Assembly: GCA_012518675.1 (NCBI GenBank)
Contig: JAAYRR010000133.1
Location: 7,015 to 71,014 of the forward strand
Source of the DNA: Bacillota bacterium
GTDB lineage: Bacteria > Bacillota > Dethiobacteria > DTU022 > UBA8154
DNA: 64,000 nt
Direction of reading: 5' to 3'
Part shown: positions 37,616 to 46,673 of the stretch, one piece after another
How positions within the stretch are numbered: position 1 is the first letter of the stretch
How the letters are laid out: each line of letters opens with the position of its first letter
Position numbers and translations under genes: made by a program
Notes under the pieces: generated by a model
Seen by the model: the letters and a program-made list of their open reading frames with translations, nothing else
What the model was told of the DNA's origin: nothing
The model's database searches: none

Positions 37616-39211
37616 TTATTTGGAAGCGGCGTCAGCCTTTTCACTTGCCAAGCGCAGTTTAAACCGCTGAATTTTGCCGGTTGCACTCTTGGGTAGTTCA
37701 GAAATAAATTCTATCCAACGCGGATACTTATATTTGGCCATCCGCTCCAGGGCAAACTGCTTCAGTTCATTGGCCAGCTCTTCAGAACCGGCCGATCCAT
37801 CCTTGAGCACAACATAAGCCTTGGGTTTAATTAAATTCTTTTCATCAGGATGCCCGATCACTGCAGATTCCAGAACAGCAGGGTGTTCAATTAAACAGGC
37901 TTCCACCTCAACCGGCGATACCCAGATACCGCCTACCTTCAGCATATCATCGCCCCTGCCGGCACAGCGGTAATAGCCTTCGTCGTCTACATAATAGCTG
38001 TCACCGGTATCAAGCCATTCCCCCCGCATTGTGGAACGGGTTTTATCTACCTTGCGCCAGTAATTCTGGGCGGCACTGCGGCCTTTTGCCAACAGCCTGC
38101 CTATTTCCCCCTGGGGAACCTCGTTCCCTTCATCATCGACAATTTTAATTTCATAACCAGGGACCGGTTTGCCGGAGGTACCGGGCCTGACATCACCGGG
38201 CAGGTTGGAAATATAGATGTGCAACATTTCTGTAGAGCCGATGCCGTCTAAAATATCTACGCCAAAACGTTCCTTCCAGCGGCGGAGAATATCTTCCGGC
38301 AGGGCTTCCCCGGCCGAAACACACATCCGTACAGAAGAAAGTTCGTGGACTTCAGGATCGGGATCTACACCCTTTTCCTTATCCTGGCGTGCCTTGTATT
38401 CAAGCATCTGCCCATACAAGGTGGGTACACCGAAGAAAAGGGTAGGCCGGAAACGTTCCAGTACGCTAAACACACTTTCGGGAGTCGGGCGGGATTTATT
38501 TAAAACCACTGATCCGCCGGCGGCCATGGGGAAAAACATGCTGTTACCGATACCGTAGGCAAAAAACAGCCGTGCTGCCGAAAAACAGATGTCATCCTCG
38601 GTTACCCCCAACACACCTTTGCCATAGTTTGTGGCGGCAACCAGCGGGCTTTCCATACAGTGCACAGCACCCTTGGGGGGGCCAGTAGAACCTGAGCTGT
38701 AAAGCCAAAATCCCACATCGTCCTTGGTTGTATATTCAGCATCCAAAATAGGAGAAGCGTTTTTGACTTTTTGTCGGAAAGGAACTTGTGGTTCATCATC
38801 AGAGACAACAATCATATCCCTGAGATAAAGAAGATCCCCTTTAATACCACTGATTAATGGTACCAGTTCTTCAGAAATTACCAGCGCCTTGGCCCGGCTG
38901 TCATTTAGCAGGTATTCATAGTCGCTAGGTGTAAGCATGGTGTTAATCGGAACAGGTACAGCACCGATTTTGATGGCACCGAAGTACATTACAAAAAATT
39001 GGGGTTCATCCAGCATCAACAGTATAATCCGGTCGCCGACTTCTAAACCCAGCTCACGGAAAGCGTTGCCTGTTTTGTTGGCCATTTCCTGAATTTCACT
39101 GTAAGTATAATTGCGCCTGTCGGTATAAATGGCAACCTTATGTCCCCTGCCCTGTCGAATGTTCCGATCTAAAAAATAATCCGCAATGTTAAAGAAAGAT
39201 TGATTTTTCAT
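37616..39211 (-). CDS. Aromatic-acid--CoA ligase, benzoate-CoA ligase family, copy 2
   Basis: About 80 percent identical to copy 1, with the same AMP-binding motifs, 531 aa. Confidence 0.75.
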   Translation of the reverse strand: MKNQSFFNIADYFLDRNIRQGRGHKVAIYTDRRNYTYSEIQEMANKTGNAFRELGLEVGDRIILLMLDEPQFFVMYFGAIKIGAVPVPINTMLTPSDYEYLLNDSRAKALVISEELVPLISGIKGDLLYLRDMIVVSDDEPQVPFRQKVKNASPILDAEYTTKDDVGFWLYSSGSTGPPKGAVHCMESPLVAATNYGKGVLGVTEDDICFSAARLFFAYGIGNSMFFPMAAGGSVVLNKSRPTPESVFSVLERFRPTLFFGVPTLYGQMLEYKARQDKEKGVDPDPEVHELSSVRMCVSAGEALPEDILRRWKERFGVDILDGIGSTEMLHIYISNLPGDVRPGTSGKPVPGYEIKIVDDEGNEVPQGEIGRLLAKGRSAAQNYWRKVDKTRSTMRGEWLDTGDSYYVDDEGYYRCAGRGDDMLKVGGIWVSPVEVEACLIEHPAVLESAVIGHPDEKNLIKPKAYVVLKDGSAGSEELANELKQFALERMAKYKYPRWIEFISELPKSATGKIQRFKLRLASEKADAASK

Positions 39212-39360
39212 GATATGATCACCCCGTAAAATTTATAATTTTTAATAGGCTTATTGCCCTCAATAAACAATACCATTAATATTTCGCAAATATTTCAGAA
39301 AATGTGAGTACTTATTTTAAAAATTACATTCATCCAACCTCCTTTTACTGGGTGGGTACC

Positions 39361-39378
39361 TTAGCTGGGGTGTGCCAA
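39361..39378 (-). promoter_or_regulatory. Candidate sigma-54 (-24/-12) promoter TTGGCAC-N5-AGCTA
   Basis: The minus strand reads TTGGCACACCCCAGCTAA, with GG-N10-GC spacing correct. It lies about 150 nt upstream of ligase copy 2 and downstream of a sigma-54 activator gene. Confidence 0.4.
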
Positions 39379-39752
39379 ATCAGTTTCCAGAACCATTTTT
39401 CTTAAGATTGCTAAAAAGATTTTTTTGCGGCAAAAAACCCACAGGTTTCAAAACTTTAAAGAGTCCCACTAATTTTAATAATTAATTATGCAAAATAGGT
39501 GCCAGTTGAAACATCTATGTTTGCCAAGTGCGACTAAACCAGCCTGCGGGGGTCTTTTGAACTGCCCGGCCGCCCTTGAAACCTGCCCAAGAATCAAATC
39601 ATTTATGAAACTTATTTTAAAATAATTGCAAAACTGAAATGCGTAAATATGCTTTATATTAAAATAAAAAAAGCAGTTCCCTGGGGAGCTGTCCTAATTT
39701 TTAAGCGGAAAACAAGGCGGGCACTGCATAGGCAGGGTAGCCCAACCTTTGC

Positions 39753-41129
39753 CTATCCTCTCAGCTTTCTGGAAAGACTGGAAAAGCTGATGCCCAGCAT
39801 TTCCGCAGCCTCTTTCTGACTTTTACTTTGTTCCATTGCTTTGGTAATCACCGCCAGTTCAAATTCCTTGGTCATCTCTTTTAACGGTGCTATATCGTGA
39901 ACTGTAAACTTATCCTCAGGTTGATGCCCTGTATAGTTAATATAGGGAGCAGGAAGATCAGCAACTGTAATCACATTTTCCTTGGCCACTATCAAGAGCC
40001 GTTCCACCAGATTAGCCAATTCTCTGATGTTGCCCGGCCAGGGATACCAGTACAAATGCTTGATTACCTCCGGGCTGATTTTTTTATTGCGAATAGCATA
40101 TTTTTGCAAGAATTTGTCTTGAAAATAGGAAATTAACATGGGTATTTCCACCTTGCGATCCCGCAAAGGGGGCACCTCTACAGGAACAACATGCAACCTG
40201 AAATACAGGTCCTCCCGAAATTTACCTTCTTCAACCATTTTTTTAAGATCCCTGTTTGTCGCCCCCACGATACGCACATCCACAGGCAATAATTCTGTAC
40301 CACCCACCCTGGATACCTTTTTATCCTGCAAAACGTTAAGTAGTTTGGGCTGAACCGCCAGCGGCAGTTCACCTATTTCATCCAGAAAAAGTGTACCCCC
40401 ATCCGCCAGTTCAAAATAGCCTTTTTTGCCCCTTTTTAGGGCACCGGTAAAGGAACCCGGTTCATAACCAAACAGTTCGGTTTCAACTAAATTTATAGGT
40501 ATGGAGGCACAGTTAATTTTAACAAAGGGGCCGGTCATGTTACGGGGACTGCGTACGTGAATAAGGTGCGCAATCAATTCCTTACCTACACCTGTTTCAC
40601 CGTGCAGCAGCACGGTGGAGTCTACCTTGCTTAAATTAACAGCCAAGTCAATTATTGCCTCCATCATGCTGCTGCCAAATACTAATTCATAATCAGAATG
40701 TTGGCCTTTAATCTGTACAATTTTGTAAGGATCCTTGAAATTCACTTTTCCGCCGGGCCGTGGCAGGGGGTTATTTTTTTTAGCCTCTAAATAGGAGGCA
40801 TAGCTTCTAATATTGCATATTACCTTATTCAATTTTCCTGCAAGATCAAAAACAGGTGCTGAGGTAGCAATCACCTTGTGGCCGGTAATACATTTGACCT
40901 CCCCGGTAACAGCACTTTTTTTTTGAATAGCCTCCAGGGCTGTAGATCTGTCGATTATTTTTTTTGCGAGTAAAACATTTAGGCTTTCATATGCAAACAT
41001 ATCCATACCCATTAAAGAGTGGATTACCGGATTACAATAAAGAAACATCCCCTGAACATCGGTAATAAAAAAACCGTCGCCGGAGTGCTCAAAAAGTTCT
41101 GCCAAATTTACGGTACCCTTTACTTTCAA
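39753..41129 (-). CDS. Sigma-54-dependent transcriptional activator with N-terminal PAS sensor and C-terminal Fis-type HTH
   Basis: AAA+ sigma-54 interaction domain (GETGVGKE Walker A, GSFTGA, ESELFGY...), C-terminal HTH (EAAEMLGISFSSLSRKL), and an N-terminal PAS-like region of about 110 aa. Confidence 0.85.
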   Translation of the reverse strand: MKVKGTVNLAELFEHSGDGFFITDVQGMFLYCNPVIHSLMGMDMFAYESLNVLLAKKIIDRSTALEAIQKKSAVTGEVKCITGHKVIATSAPVFDLAGKLNKVICNIRSYASYLEAKKNNPLPRPGGKVNFKDPYKIVQIKGQHSDYELVFGSSMMEAIIDLAVNLSKVDSTVLLHGETGVGKELIAHLIHVRSPRNMTGPFVKINCASIPINLVETELFGYEPGSFTGALKRGKKGYFELADGGTLFLDEIGELPLAVQPKLLNVLQDKKVSRVGGTELLPVDVRIVGATNRDLKKMVEEGKFREDLYFRLHVVPVEVPPLRDRKVEIPMLISYFQDKFLQKYAIRNKKISPEVIKHLYWYPWPGNIRELANLVERLLIVAKENVITVADLPAPYINYTGHQPEDKFTVHDIAPLKEMTKEFELAVITKAMEQSKSQKEAAEMLGISFSSLSRKLRG

Positions 41130-41497
41130 AAAAAACCTCCCCTCCCCCCAAAAGACTTTTCCCCAGGGTAAACTGGCAAAATTGATAAAAATAATAGCAA
41201 ATAATGTCTAAGTTTAATTGAATATACTAAAAAAGTATCTTTGTTTAATTATTTCATAGAATCATCTCAATTATCAATCTTGGTAATTGTATGAATAATT
41301 ATATCATAAATGGTCTCCCCTTTCAACAGACAAAAACAGACACCCGGCTGCCGGGGCGCTTAAGGCCCGCACCGGTTTAAAGGTGCAAAGTCTGTATTTA
41401 CAGTTTTTATTTCCGGTAAGCGCCCTTTCTATTCGCCGGCAGTTTCTTCTTTAATTTGATGGGCAAGGCAAGGTGCGGTAACACACGGCGCGGACCT

Positions 41498-42901
41498 TCA
41501 TTCGATGGCGGCCTCTTCCTTGGTTTGATAGTTGTACTGCCGGTAAACATCGGCCGTTCTGTCCTGAAGATAGAGATGATCAAAGTGCCCCCGGGAATCC
41601 TTGCGCATTTTTTCATAATAAGCCCGGGCTTCCGCCTGGCAGTTGGAACAGCCCTGGATGGGGATATTTATACAGCAGACCCTGCTACTCACCTTCCGAC
41701 CAGAAGCTTCCGAGTCTATTAACAGGTAACCCGGGCAGTCACCACATACCTTTAGCGTTTCCAGCTGTGTTTCCCTAATCTGATCGGTATCATAATAAAT
41801 CTGGCGTTTTCTTTGTACCCGCGCACCCGCTTTTTGGCGGGCGGCTGCTGCCAGGCTGTGACGCTGCTGAAAAATACCGTGTAGTTCATGTACAGTTTTT
41901 TTCAGTATATTTAAACGTTCCTGTTCCTCCTGCAGATATTGTTCCCGGTAATCAGGTTCATAAAGATGGGAATAATCTATGCCGGCCATCGCCATGATAA
42001 TACCCATGTTAACATATGGGAGGGCGGTTTCAATCGAATACCCCCCTTCCAATACAGCGATATCGGGGGCAAGCTTTTCATTTAACAGGGCATATCCGCG
42101 GGCGGAAAAGGACATATTGGCCAGTGGATCGCTGTAATGATTATCCTGCCCGGCAGAATTCACAATCAGCTCCGGTTGGAATTCATCCAGCACAGGGAGC
42201 ACCAGGTTGTCCAAAACGAAAAGAATACCTTCATCGGTAGTTCCCGGAGGCAGGGGAATATTCAGTGTAGTTCCTGCTGCCAGAGGCCCGCCAATTTCGC
42301 CCTTAAAGCCGCTGCCCGGGTAAAGGGTGCGCCCGTCCTGATGAAAAGAGATAAAAAGGGTATCAGGGTCGTGCCAGTAGATATCCTGTGTACCGTCCCC
42401 ATGGTGGACATCGGTGTCTATGACAGCTACACGCCGCAGCCCATATTTTTGGCGCAGGTATTCCACCATCACCGGTTCATTGTTAATATTACAAAAACCG
42501 CGATTGCCGTGGACCACCCGCAGCGCATGGTGCCCCGGGGGCCTGATCAAGGCAAAACCATTCTTAATTTCCCGCTTCATCAGGGCATCGGCAATGACCA
42601 GCGCCCCGCCGGCGGCAATCAGGTGTGCTTCTGTGGCCTGCGTGCCGACAGTGGGCACACAAAAATGTACCCGGGCAATGTCTTTGGATGCGGCTAAACG
42701 TGGCTGGTACTGGCGAATTTGGGGAAGATCCATAATCCCTTCCTCAAAAAGCTGATCCCTGGTATAAAGAAGCCTTTCTTCCCGTTCAGGGTGAGTAGGG
42801 GAAATGGCCCAGTCGAAGGCCGGGAAAAAAACCAGGCCGGTTTGGACAGGTGGTTTTTGGGCCGGTGGGTGAACACCGCTGTTTATATTTTTCTTTTTCA
42901 T
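41498..42901 (-). CDS. Histone deacetylase/acetoin-utilisation (AcuC/Aph) family deacetylase with Cys-rich C-terminal tail
   Basis: Arginase/deacetylase-fold motifs IRPPGHHA and DTDVHHGDGTQ, plus a C-terminal segment of about 90 aa containing seven Cys (CGDCPGY...CCINIPIQGCSNC). Confidence 0.75.
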   Translation of the reverse strand: MKKKNINSGVHPPAQKPPVQTGLVFFPAFDWAISPTHPEREERLLYTRDQLFEEGIMDLPQIRQYQPRLAASKDIARVHFCVPTVGTQATEAHLIAAGGALVIADALMKREIKNGFALIRPPGHHALRVVHGNRGFCNINNEPVMVEYLRQKYGLRRVAVIDTDVHHGDGTQDIYWHDPDTLFISFHQDGRTLYPGSGFKGEIGGPLAAGTTLNIPLPPGTTDEGILFVLDNLVLPVLDEFQPELIVNSAGQDNHYSDPLANMSFSARGYALLNEKLAPDIAVLEGGYSIETALPYVNMGIIMAMAGIDYSHLYEPDYREQYLQEEQERLNILKKTVHELHGIFQQRHSLAAAARQKAGARVQRKRQIYYDTDQIRETQLETLKVCGDCPGYLLIDSEASGRKVSSRVCCINIPIQGCSNCQAEARAYYEKMRKDSRGHFDHLYLQDRTADVYRQYNYQTKEEAAIE

Positions 42902-44574
42902 GGCTGCACCCCTTTAAATTCTTCAATAACCCCGGAGGCAATCTGGACACCAACGTCAAAAAGCCTGCCAGCTGTGTCCCAACCCCGGATCATATTAAAT
43001 TGTTCTTCCAGAAAAAATTCATAGCGGTTTGCATACTTTGCAATACCCCTGCGGGCAGCAATCTCTTGCAGCTTTTCTCTAGCCAGTTCTTTAGCCTCTG
43101 TTAGCTGCCAGTCGGGGTTGAATTTACCGGTAATTCCTTCCAAATTTAAGGAATAGGTTTGTTTTTCTGTATCAGCATGCAAGAGCAAAGCAAGGGTGGG
43201 CCTGGCCACTGCAGTGCCCAAGGCGTTGGCCACCGGGGAGTAACGGTGCACCAGCGCCCGGCAACCAAGGCCAGCCGCCAAAGCAGGAACAAAAGCCCCG
43301 GCTGCAGCACCAATTCCCACCACACGTTCCGGCCCCACCTGCCGTTTATTAATGATTTCCCAAATTTTATAAGCAGGTTCCTGTTCCCAGGATTTAAACA
43401 TTTCTTCAATACCTTCCTCCAGCCTGCTGTTTATCAGTTTAACTACCCGGCGGGCAAATCCCTTTACCGTCAGCCCTGCCTGGCTGGCAACCTTTCCCAG
43501 AGCGCTGCCGGAAAGAGCCAACGGGCCCAATTTGCCGCCCCCCAAAAGGTTTACAGCATCGGTGGGGGTGGCTGCCGGACCGCCAAAACAGGCTGCAGGG
43601 CCCAAACGATCCGGGCCGATAGTTATTTTTTCGCCGTCCCACCGCAAGGTACTGTCCCCCCCTAAGGCCATTGAACGCAGGGCAAAAGAACGCACATGGG
43701 AATAACGGCCTTCAATCAAGGCTCCCCGGGAGGCATAAAGCGGTTCCCCTTCCAGGATGAGTGCCAAGTCGGTGGTGGTACCGCCAATATCCACTACTAC
43801 AGAAGTTTGCCGATCCATGGTCAGGGCAAAGGCGCCCATTACACTTGCTGCCGGGCCGGAAAAAACGGTTTCACAAGGGTAACGCAGGGAGACCTCCAAA
43901 GGCATCGTTCCCCCGTCAGCCTTGAGAATGTTGATCGGAACAGTAATCCCGCGTTCACGTATAGCTTCCTCAATTTCAGCGGCAAAACCGGCCCATTTTT
44001 CCCTGGTTACCGCAGTATAGTAAGTTGTTACCGCCCGGCGAAGAAAATTAAGCTGTCCGGAAACTTCAAAACCCCTGATTATCTCCAGGTGGGGGTAGTT
44101 TTCCTTTAAAATCCTTTCAACCTGGCGTTCCTGGCTGTTGTTACGCTGGGAGAACTTGCCAACCACCGCCACTTTACGCCGGCCGGCAGTTGCAATGAGC
44201 CTGCCAACTTCTTCAACCTGCGCTTGCTCCAGCGGTTCTATAATGCGACCACGAAAATCTGTAGCCCCCTTTAGAAAATAGGCCCCCGGAAAAAAGCCCA
44301 GGCTGTGCAAATTGAGGCCCGGGCCGGGGATAAGAATTAGCGCCACCTGTTCTCCCCCGCCCGTAGCCAAAAGGTTGGTGACCAGCGTAGTGCTAAGCAC
44401 CACCTGTTTAACCCCGCTGCCTTCTATCCCCTGCAGCAGTTCATCCAACACAGTAAAAATAGAACATTGCAGGTTGTCTGCCTGTGTCGGCTGTTTGGCA
44501 GTTTTTAAGATTTGCCCTGTGGAAAAAAGCACCCCGTCGGTAAAGGTACCCCCTACATCGATGCCAATCAGCAT
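42898..44574 (-). CDS. Hydantoinase/oxoprolinase (HyuA N-terminal) family protein
   Basis: MLIGIDVGGTFTDGVLF ASKHA-fold N-terminus, 558 aa. Overlaps the downstream deacetylase gene by 4 nt (ATGA), so probably one operon. Confidence 0.6.
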   Translation of the reverse strand: MLIGIDVGGTFTDGVLFSTGQILKTAKQPTQADNLQCSIFTVLDELLQGIEGSGVKQVVLSTTLVTNLLATGGGEQVALILIPGPGLNLHSLGFFPGAYFLKGATDFRGRIIEPLEQAQVEEVGRLIATAGRRKVAVVGKFSQRNNSQERQVERILKENYPHLEIIRGFEVSGQLNFLRRAVTTYYTAVTREKWAGFAAEIEEAIRERGITVPINILKADGGTMPLEVSLRYPCETVFSGPAASVMGAFALTMDRQTSVVVDIGGTTTDLALILEGEPLYASRGALIEGRYSHVRSFALRSMALGGDSTLRWDGEKITIGPDRLGPAACFGGPAATPTDAVNLLGGGKLGPLALSGSALGKVASQAGLTVKGFARRVVKLINSRLEEGIEEMFKSWEQEPAYKIWEIINKRQVGPERVVGIGAAAGAFVPALAAGLGCRALVHRYSPVANALGTAVARPTLALLLHADTEKQTYSLNLEGITGKFNPDWQLTEAKELAREKLQEIAARRGIAKYANRYEFFLEEQFNMIRGWDTAGRLFDVGVQIASGVIEEFKGVQP

Positions 44575-44904
44575 TCAGTCACCTTCTTTCTTTACCTTAA
44601 ACAGTTATTACCAGTGCTGCAACGGTTAAATTATCCGGTGCACCTCCCCCCGTACATGTTCTGAAATATTAATCGGGGCATGGGGACCGGCAGGGTTAAA
44701 CCCCCGGCTGCAGAGCCGCTGCCGGTCACAATTCTTTCTTTTGTTCTCTTAACTTCTGACCGCTGTTCCTGTTTCCCTTCTTTTCGGGGAAATTATGTCA
44801 ACCCCGGTGCCGCCGGCGCCCTTTTACTTGTTTTTTACCGGCAATTATAATAAAATTTAAGCGATGTCGGAATAAGGGTATAAAAACAACACGGAGGTTT
44901 TAAA

Positions 44905-46200
44905 ATGACAATTGTCCTGCCAATCAAAGGTCTGCGGTTTTCTGACGCTGCGGGTAGCCCTGCAGAGGTTATTGCACCCCCCTATGATGTTATTGACAGC
45001 GAACTGCAGCAAAGACTTTTTGAAAAAAGTCCTTACAATATTATCCGCCTGGAATACACCCCCTCCAGGCCCGGGGACAATCACCTGGTTAATAAATATA
45101 CACGGGCGGCCGAAACCTTTCGCAACTGGCTGCAGGAGGGGATCCTGATCCGGGAAGAAAAACCGGCCTTTTATCTATATGAACAATATTTTACCTATAA
45201 TCAAAAGAAATATAAACGTCAAGGATTTTATTGCGGGGTGGAGCTGTCACCCTTTGAAAAAGGCAGGATTATCCCCCACGAAGAAACCCTACAGCAGCCG
45301 AAAAAGGACCGTCGACAGCTTTTGGAACATTGCCAGGCCCAATTTAGCCCCATTTTCGGCCTCTACAAGGATCCGGAAAAATATGTTGATCACCAGGTGG
45401 CACATTACAAAAAGGAACAAAAACCGATCCTGAATTTTCAGGATCACGAAGGGCAGTTACATATCCTCTGGGCTGTTACCGATACAAAACTTATTTCCGT
45501 CATCCAGACTTTTTTTCAAAATCAAAATATTTTTATAGCTGACGGTCACCACCGCTATGAAACAGCCCTGCAGTATTACCTGGACCATAAAGATGAAAAA
45601 CACAGTAAGGAAAAATACGGCTATGCGCTGATGGCCCTGGTTAACATTTACGACGCCGGCCTGCAGGCCTTTCCCACCCACCGGGTGATTAAACAAAGTG
45701 ACCTTCACAGCCGGGACCTGGTGGAGAAACTGCAAAAACATTTTCAATGGGAAGCGCTTCCTGCGGCGGAAACACAGGCAGAACTGCTGACACTGCTAAA
45801 TAAAAAATTGTATAACGCTGCAGACGCAAAATTACGTTTCGGGCTTTATACACCGGGAAAGAAGCTTTTTCTTCTAACCCTAAAAGATTTGCGGGAAGAG
45901 GAAAAACCTTTCCCCTGGCTCGACACGGTCATCCTACAGGAACTTATTCTAAATAATATTTTTGGTATGGATGAAGAAGAAATAAAAAGGGGATCGCTTT
46001 TAGGCTACATCCGGGATGAATGGGCAGCAAAACAGAAGGTAGACCAGGGCGCTGCAGCTTATGTTTTTTTCTTGAACAGCTCCTCACTGGAAAAAATAAT
46101 TAAATATGCCGAACAGGGACTTCGCATGCCCCAAAAATCTACCTATTTTTATCCCAAATTAGTGAGCGGCCTGTTAGTCCTGCAGCTGGGAAATTTTTAA
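44905..46200 (+). CDS. DUF1015 domain protein
   Basis: N-terminal IKGLRFSDAAGS..EVIAPPYDVIDSELQ matches the DUF1015 hallmark. Confidence 0.6.
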   Translation: MTIVLPIKGLRFSDAAGSPAEVIAPPYDVIDSELQQRLFEKSPYNIIRLEYTPSRPGDNHLVNKYTRAAETFRNWLQEGILIREEKPAFYLYEQYFTYNQKKYKRQGFYCGVELSPFEKGRIIPHEETLQQPKKDRRQLLEHCQAQFSPIFGLYKDPEKYVDHQVAHYKKEQKPILNFQDHEGQLHILWAVTDTKLISVIQTFFQNQNIFIADGHHRYETALQYYLDHKDEKHSKEKYGYALMALVNIYDAGLQAFPTHRVIKQSDLHSRDLVEKLQKHFQWEALPAAETQAELLTLLNKKLYNAADAKLRFGLYTPGKKLFLLTLKDLREEEKPFPWLDTVILQELILNNIFGMDEEEIKRGSLLGYIRDEWAAKQKVDQGAAAYVFFLNSSSLEKIIKYAEQGLRMPQKSTYFYPKLVSGLLVLQLGNF

Positions 46201-46202
46201 AT

Positions 46203-46634
46203 TCAGACGTCTTTTTCCTCCTGAATTTTATCTTTGATCAGCTTCCAGAAGAAAGGGTTTCGTTTTCGCAAGGCCACCGGTTTCCCGTCCTTATTTACAA
46301 AAGCATGTGTTGTCTGACCTGTGGCCAGCAGCGTTGCCTTTTCAGCATGTGTAATTTCATATTGAAAACCTAACTTAACCTCCTGCAGGAAATTAAGTTT
46401 GGTGGTAATTTTGAGCAGATCATCATAACGGGCTGGGCTCTTGTATTGACAATACGCCTCAATTACCGGTAAAAATATTTCGTTTTGTTCCAGGTATTTA
46501 TAGTCCATGCCCATCGCCCGGAAAAACTCGCTGCGCCCAACTTCAAACCAGATAAAATAGTTGGCGTAATAAACCACCCCCATCTGATCAGTATCCTTAT
46601 AACGAACCCGCTGGATTATCTCATTGTAGTTCAT
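46203..46634 (-). CDS. Acyl-CoA thioesterase, hotdog fold (YbgC/4HBT family)
   Basis: RVRYKDTDQMGVVYYANYFIWFEVGR, about 140 aa. Confidence 0.75.
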   Translation of the reverse strand: MNYNEIIQRVRYKDTDQMGVVYYANYFIWFEVGRSEFFRAMGMDYKYLEQNEIFLPVIEAYCQYKSPARYDDLLKITTKLNFLQEVKLGFQYEITHAEKATLLATGQTTHAFVNKDGKPVALRKRNPFFWKLIKDKIQEEKDV

Positions 46635-46673
46635 TTAGCTTCAGTCTCCTCCGGCACAAACTACCTTTTTTAC

